A stretch of DNA of 62,080 nucleotides, filler included. It is 4 parts of 4 records of this genome, joined end to end, with 100 filler letters (N's around TTAATTAATTAA, not from the genome) between each part and the next. Parts side by side here need not be neighbours in the genome. Positions count along the whole stretch, not along the records: positions 50,283 to 62,080 come from SRR20825006_353; 3 more parts are not named here. One strand, given 5' to 3'. Made by a program: the position numbers and the translations under genes. Below are positions 57,863 to 62,080 of the stretch, piece after piece. The number at the start of each line of letters is the position of its first letter. Position 1 is the stretch's first letter. The notes beneath the pieces are model-generated. The model saw nothing but the letters and a program-made list of their open reading frames with translations, was not told the origin of the DNA and did no database searches.

Positions 57863-59245
57863 ATGATCACTTACAAACATGTTCTTGTTGCCACGATTAC
57901 TGTTCTGGCTGTGGTGTTTGCCGTCTTCCCGCAAACACTGATGACAGGTGATCAGGCACGCACGCTCGGTATTGTGCTTGTAACCCTGACACTCTGGGCC
58001 ACCGGCATTGTTCCGGGCTATCTCGCCAGCCTTTTATTCTTCGCCGTTGCCCTGATCTTAAAACTTGCGCCACCGACAACCGTATTTTCCGGCTTCTTCT
58101 CATCCGCGATCTGGCTGGTCTTTGCCGGCTTCGTCATCGCCGCAGCGGTCAACAAGTCCGGGCTGAGCGAAAAACTGGGCTTGTGGCTCGGCCAGTATTT
58201 GACCGGACATTACCTGTCGCTGATTGGCGGTCTCTATACAATCTCGGCGCTTTCGAGTTTCATCATGCCCTCGTCGCTTGGCCGCTTTTTCATGGTGGCA
58301 CCGATTGCCTTTGCACTTGCCGACCGTGTGGGCTTCGCAAAAGGCTCGACCGGGCGCACGGCGATCGCACTGACTGTCACCTTTGCATGCCACATTCCGG
58401 GCTTTGCGGTTTTGCCCTCCAATGTGCCGAACCTTGTCCTGAGCGGTGCTGCCGAAACGATCTACGGTTTGAACTTCACCTATCTGAGCTATCTGATTTT
58501 GCACTTCCCGGTTCTGGGTATCCTGAAGAGCCTGATCATCGTCGCCTTGATCATAAAGCTGTTCCCGGCCAGGCCCGAGGTCATCGAAGGCCACACGAAC
58601 GAAACAATGGACCGCGTCCCGGTCACAGGTCGCCAATGGTATGTCATTGTAATTCTTATGATTACGCTGGCATTCTGGATGAGCGACAGCGTTCATGGCA
58701 TTAATCCGGCCTGGATCGGCATCTGCGCGGCCATTGCACTGATGCTGCCCGGTATCGGTCCGGTTCAGGAAGAGACATTCAAGACCAGCGTCAACTTTGG
58801 CGTTATCATCTTCACAGCCGGTATTCTCGCCGTTGGCGCGGTCGTCAATGTCACCGGCCTCGGCACGGTGATTGCGCGGGGACTTGAGCATATTCTTCCG
58901 CTTGAACCCGGCCACGACTTCCTCAACTTCGTCTCGCTTTCGTTCATGGCGTTCGTGACCGGCCTTTTGACCATTCTGCCGGGCGTTCCCGCTGTTTTGA
59001 CACCGATGGCCGGTGAACTGGCCGATCTGACGGGGTTCAGCCTGACGGCCGTTTTAATGACGCAGGTCATCGGTTTCTCCACCGTCATCTTCCCCTATCA
59101 GTCCGGGCCGCTGACGGTTGGTATGCTCTATGCTGAAGAACCTGTTGCCAGACTGCTGAAGCTGACGATCCCACTGACGCTGATCACAGCCTTCATTCTG
59201 GTTCCGCTCGATTTTCTGTGGTGGAAATTTCTGGGCGTTATTTAG
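57863..59245 (+). CDS. SLC13/DASS family permease
   Basis: VFSGF, MPSSLGR, NVPNLV, FPYQ; highly hydrophobic. Confidence 0.85.
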   Translation: MITYKHVLVATITVLAVVFAVFPQTLMTGDQARTLGIVLVTLTLWATGIVPGYLASLLFFAVALILKLAPPTTVFSGFFSSAIWLVFAGFVIAAAVNKSGLSEKLGLWLGQYLTGHYLSLIGGLYTISALSSFIMPSSLGRFFMVAPIAFALADRVGFAKGSTGRTAIALTVTFACHIPGFAVLPSNVPNLVLSGAAETIYGLNFTYLSYLILHFPVLGILKSLIIVALIIKLFPARPEVIEGHTNETMDRVPVTGRQWYVIVILMITLAFWMSDSVHGINPAWIGICAAIALMLPGIGPVQEETFKTSVNFGVIIFTAGILAVGAVVNVTGLGTVIARGLEHILPLEPGHDFLNFVSLSFMAFVTGLLTILPGVPAVLTPMAGELADLTGFSLTAVLMTQVIGFSTVIFPYQSGPLTVGMLYAEEPVARLLKLTIPLTLITAFILVPLDFLWWKFLGVI

Positions 59246-59301
59246 AGCGCCGTGCCGTGCAGCCCTTGATGAACCATGCTTACAGGCATAAGTGAAACCC
59301 A

Positions 59302-59796
59302 ATGACACATCCGTTTCGCATAGCGCTTTATCAGCCGGATATCGCCGGGAACACCGGCACAATCCTGAGGCTTGCCGCCTGCCTCGGCCTTGCCGTCGAT
59401 ATCATCGAACCGGCCGGGTTTGCGCTGTCTGATAAAAACCTGAAACGTGCGGGTATGGACTATATCGCCAAGGCTGCGATGACCCGCCATATCGACTGGG
59501 AAGCATTCGAAATCTGGCGTCAGAAATCGGGAAAACGTCTGGTACTGGCTTCGACAAAAGCCCGTACGGGTTATACCGATTTTCCGTTTGAAGAAGACGA
59601 CATCATTCTCTTCGGCAGAGAAAGTGCCGGTGTGCCGGAAAGCATTCATGAAATTGCAGATCACCGGATCACCATTCCGATGGCCGAAGGGCAGCGCTCG
59701 ATTAATCTGGCGGTTTCCGTGGCCATGATTGCCGGAGAAGCCATGCGCCAGACCGGTGGCTTTGCAGGGCTTGGCGGCGGATCACCCGCGGCCTGA
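59302..59796 (+). CDS. trmL: tRNA (cytidine/uridine34-2'-O)-methyltransferase
   Basis: PDIAGNTG, RAGMDY, FGRESAG, RSINLA. Confidence 0.92.
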   Translation: MTHPFRIALYQPDIAGNTGTILRLAACLGLAVDIIEPAGFALSDKNLKRAGMDYIAKAAMTRHIDWEAFEIWRQKSGKRLVLASTKARTGYTDFPFEEDDIILFGRESAGVPESIHEIADHRITIPMAEGQRSINLAVSVAMIAGEAMRQTGGFAGLGGGSPAA

Positions 59797-60048
59797 TCAA
59801 TCGGCAGACGATAGTCGCCGCATGATGAAATCGATCCGCCCGTCCGGCGCCACACGCCAGCTTTCAACGGTTGTCCAGTATGCGGCTTTCGGATAGCTCT
59901 CGAACCACTCCCGCGCCTTGGCTCTCGCCTCTTCCCGGTTCAGGCAATAGTGTTCCCGCACGAAGCCATCATCATCTGCACGCTTGCGATGATTGTCTAT
60001 GCGCCGTTTCAGGCCGTCCATGGAAGGCGGCTTTGGAAGATTGGCCAT
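59797..60048 (-). CDS. Small hypothetical protein
   Basis: REEARAKAREWFESYPKAAYWT.VESWR; plausible composition. Confidence 0.6.
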   Translation of the reverse strand: MANLPKPPSMDGLKRRIDNHRKRADDDGFVREHYCLNREEARAKAREWFESYPKAAYWTTVESWRVAPDGRIDFIMRRLSSAD

Positions 60049-60163
60049 CCCGCTATCCTTCATCTTCTAAAAAAGATAAGGTTTTTGCTTACAGAATGCG
60101 AGTCAAATCAAAGGCCCTGCCGGGTGGTCTCCGGCACGGACGAAAAAGACGAGGAAGCGCCAT

Positions 60164-61075
60164 ATGGAACGGCCGCAACTGCCTGAAGGCCTGCCGGACG
60201 ACATCGAAGAAAAGAAGGCTGCGGCCAGAGCCTGGTTCGAGTCGCTCCGGGATACGATCTGTTCCGGTTTCGAAGCGATCGAAAAAGAACTCACCGGCCC
60301 GCTGAGCGATTATGAACCCGGCCAGTTCAAACGGGAGGACTGGACGCGCGAAAACGGCGAAGGCGGCGGCTGCATGTCGACCATGACCGGCCGGGTGTTC
60401 GAGAAAGTCGGCGTCCATACATCGACCGTTGAAGGCGAATTTTCGGAAGAGTTTGCGAAGAACATGCCGGGCACTGACAAGAATGCACACTATTGGGCCT
60501 CCGGCATCTCGCTCATTGCCCATCCCGTCAATCCCAATGTGCCGGCTGTGCATATGAACACCCGCATGATTGTAACCTCCTCATGGTGGTTCGGCGGCGG
60601 AGCGGATCTGACGCCGGTGCTGACACGGCGACGTAAGCAGGAAGATCCGGATACGATGCTGTTTCACCGTGCCATGGAAATTGCCTGCAACCGCCACAAC
60701 GCGATTGTGGATTACAAGGCTTTGAAGAAATGGTGTGACGAGTATTTCTATCTGCATCACCGGAAAGAACCGCGTGGCGTCGGCGGCATTTTCTTCGACT
60801 GGCAGCATTCCGATGATGAAAAGGGCGGCCTTGATGCCGATTTTGCGCTGGTTCAGGACGTCGGACGGGCGTTCAACATGGTTTATCCACGTCTGGTGCG
60901 CAGCAATTTCAATCGGGAATGGACATCGGAGGACCGCGACGAGCAGTTGGTTCGGCGTAGCCGCTATGTCGAATTCAACCTGCTTTATGATCGTGGCACC
61001 GTTTTCGGCCTGAAGACAGGTGGCAATGTTGATGCCATTTTATCGTCTATGCCGCCGGTCGTGCGCTGGCCCTGA
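60164..61075 (+). CDS. hemF: Oxygen-dependent coproporphyrinogen III oxidase
   Basis: [35 protein letters not shown]. Confidence 0.97.
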   Translation: MERPQLPEGLPDDIEEKKAAARAWFESLRDTICSGFEAIEKELTGPLSDYEPGQFKREDWTRENGEGGGCMSTMTGRVFEKVGVHTSTVEGEFSEEFAKNMPGTDKNAHYWASGISLIAHPVNPNVPAVHMNTRMIVTSSWWFGGGADLTPVLTRRRKQEDPDTMLFHRAMEIACNRHNAIVDYKALKKWCDEYFYLHHRKEPRGVGGIFFDWQHSDDEKGGLDADFALVQDVGRAFNMVYPRLVRSNFNREWTSEDRDEQLVRRSRYVEFNLLYDRGTVFGLKTGGNVDAILSSMPPVVRWP

Positions 61076-61230
61076 AGAACGGGTACGTTCCTCATTTATC
61101 AACTGTCTGCAATTCAAACGATATAGTTAATTTTCTCCAAAGATTCGCCTTGTTCTCCTTGCATGTCAGTGCTTCACTTCCCACTTGAAAGTGATACTGG
61201 AAACCAGAACTTGCTCGGGAGGAGCGGGAA

Positions 61231-61402
61231 AATGGCACAGACAGTTAAGACCCCTGAAAAGAAACCTGCATCGACCAACTTAAAGCCGCGCCCGCATAAG
61301 GTCGCGCCGACCGATGACAGCAAATATGCAGCCGATATGGCCTACCGAAACGGTCGTCCGTGTGAATCTTCGGCTGTATTTGAGGCATGGGCCCAACACT
61401 AA
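61231..61402 (+). CDS. Small hypothetical protein
   Basis: GGAGGAG RBS before MAQTVKTP. Confidence 0.4.
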
Positions 61403-61633
61403 AGGCGGCTGACCAAAGTCAATTCGCATCAGGCCCGAAGCAGACGCATACCCGTCATATGTGAACCTTTTCTCTGAGGACATTTCGCCAGCGGGTATGC
61501 ACATCATATCTGCGAAATGTGCTGGTGGTTCATGAACAATCAACGCTCCGGCGCGTTTCGATAAGACAACGGATGCGGAAAGCCGGCAACGGTTCTCCGG
61601 CAAACGTTACTTGACGAGACAAAGGAGGAAATC

Positions 61634-61819
61634 ATGAAACGTTTTGATTGCGGTTCACTTGTTCCCGGCTGCCCCTGGCACACCAGTGCCGACGAAGAGG
61701 CAGAAGTTGTCCGCCGTGCCGTGGAGCATATGAAAACCACTCATGGCGAAACCTTCATTCGCGAAAACATGGTTGAGAACATCAAGGAGCGGATCAAGGA
61801 CGAGGAGCCGGTCAGCTAA
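61634..61819 (+). CDS. DUF1059 family protein
   Basis: FDCGSLVPGC..EEAEVVRRAVEHM..H; AAGGAGG RBS. Confidence 0.85.
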   Translation: MKRFDCGSLVPGCPWHTSADEEAEVVRRAVEHMKTTHGETFIRENMVENIKERIKDEEPVS

Positions 61820-61854
61820 ACCGGCTTATCCGAAGCTGCACAATGTCACTCAAC

Positions 61855-61883
61855 ATGCCCGGGCTTGCCCGGGCATTATTTTT
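61855..61883 (+). terminator. GC-rich hairpin, terminator or REP-like
   Basis: ATGCCCGGGC-TT-GCCCGGGCAT followed by TATTTTT. Confidence 0.55.
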
Positions 61884-62080
61884 GGATACCAGACAGGGTG
61901 CATGAAGAAACGAGCGAGCGGCTGTTCACAACTGGATCATCGAACGATTAGAGCGCCGTGCATCCGTTCGGACACACCAAGGATGCTCTTACCTATTGAA
62001 TCTACGCATCGTGGTTTTCGAATTTGAAATTCGCACTCGCGGTTGCTGCAATAATGAAGCGAATTTCAAATTCACCACAC

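Noticed and set aside
1-62080. CRISPR array, retron or other defence system
   Set aside because: No regularly spaced direct repeats, cas genes, reverse transcriptase or recognisable defence genes seen

Overview
The window is four unrelated contigs joined by 100-bp N/TTAATTAATTAA linkers (20957-21056, 37469-37568, 50183-50282). (1) 1-20956 is alphaproteobacterial and catabolic. It carries an anmK/serine hydrolase/peptide-ABC/GntR locus, then a hydantoinase-oxoprolinase/kynureninase-like/LIV-type ABC/indolepyruvate oxidoreductase cluster. (2) 21057-37468 starts with tatD and an MBL hydrolase. These are followed by a ~10 kb tailless, PM2/corticovirus-like double-jelly-roll prophage with no integrase in the sequenced part. 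It begins at a 28-bp dif-like XerC/D site and carries an inovirus-style module (divergent HTH repressor, DUF736, Rep_trans initiator with an adjacent hairpin). Downstream come the packaging ATPase, major capsid protein, membrane proteins, spike and cell-wall hydrolase. Its right end is cut by a TnXax1/Tn4651-type Tn3 transposon carrying merR and decayed nreB, merT and ISL3 remnants. (3) 37569-50182 is high-GC and deltaproteobacterial-like: a large TPR-Slt, YihY, tRNA-Glu(CTC), and HEAT/DUF192/gluzincin envelope genes. (4) 50283-62080 is Rhizobiales-like: a LacI-cellobionic acid phosphorylase-gluconokinase operon, FUSC, AraC/SLC13, trmL and hemF. The dif-anchored, apparently integrase-less DJR prophage is the most interesting system. 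All homology calls come from motif recognition, not database searches.
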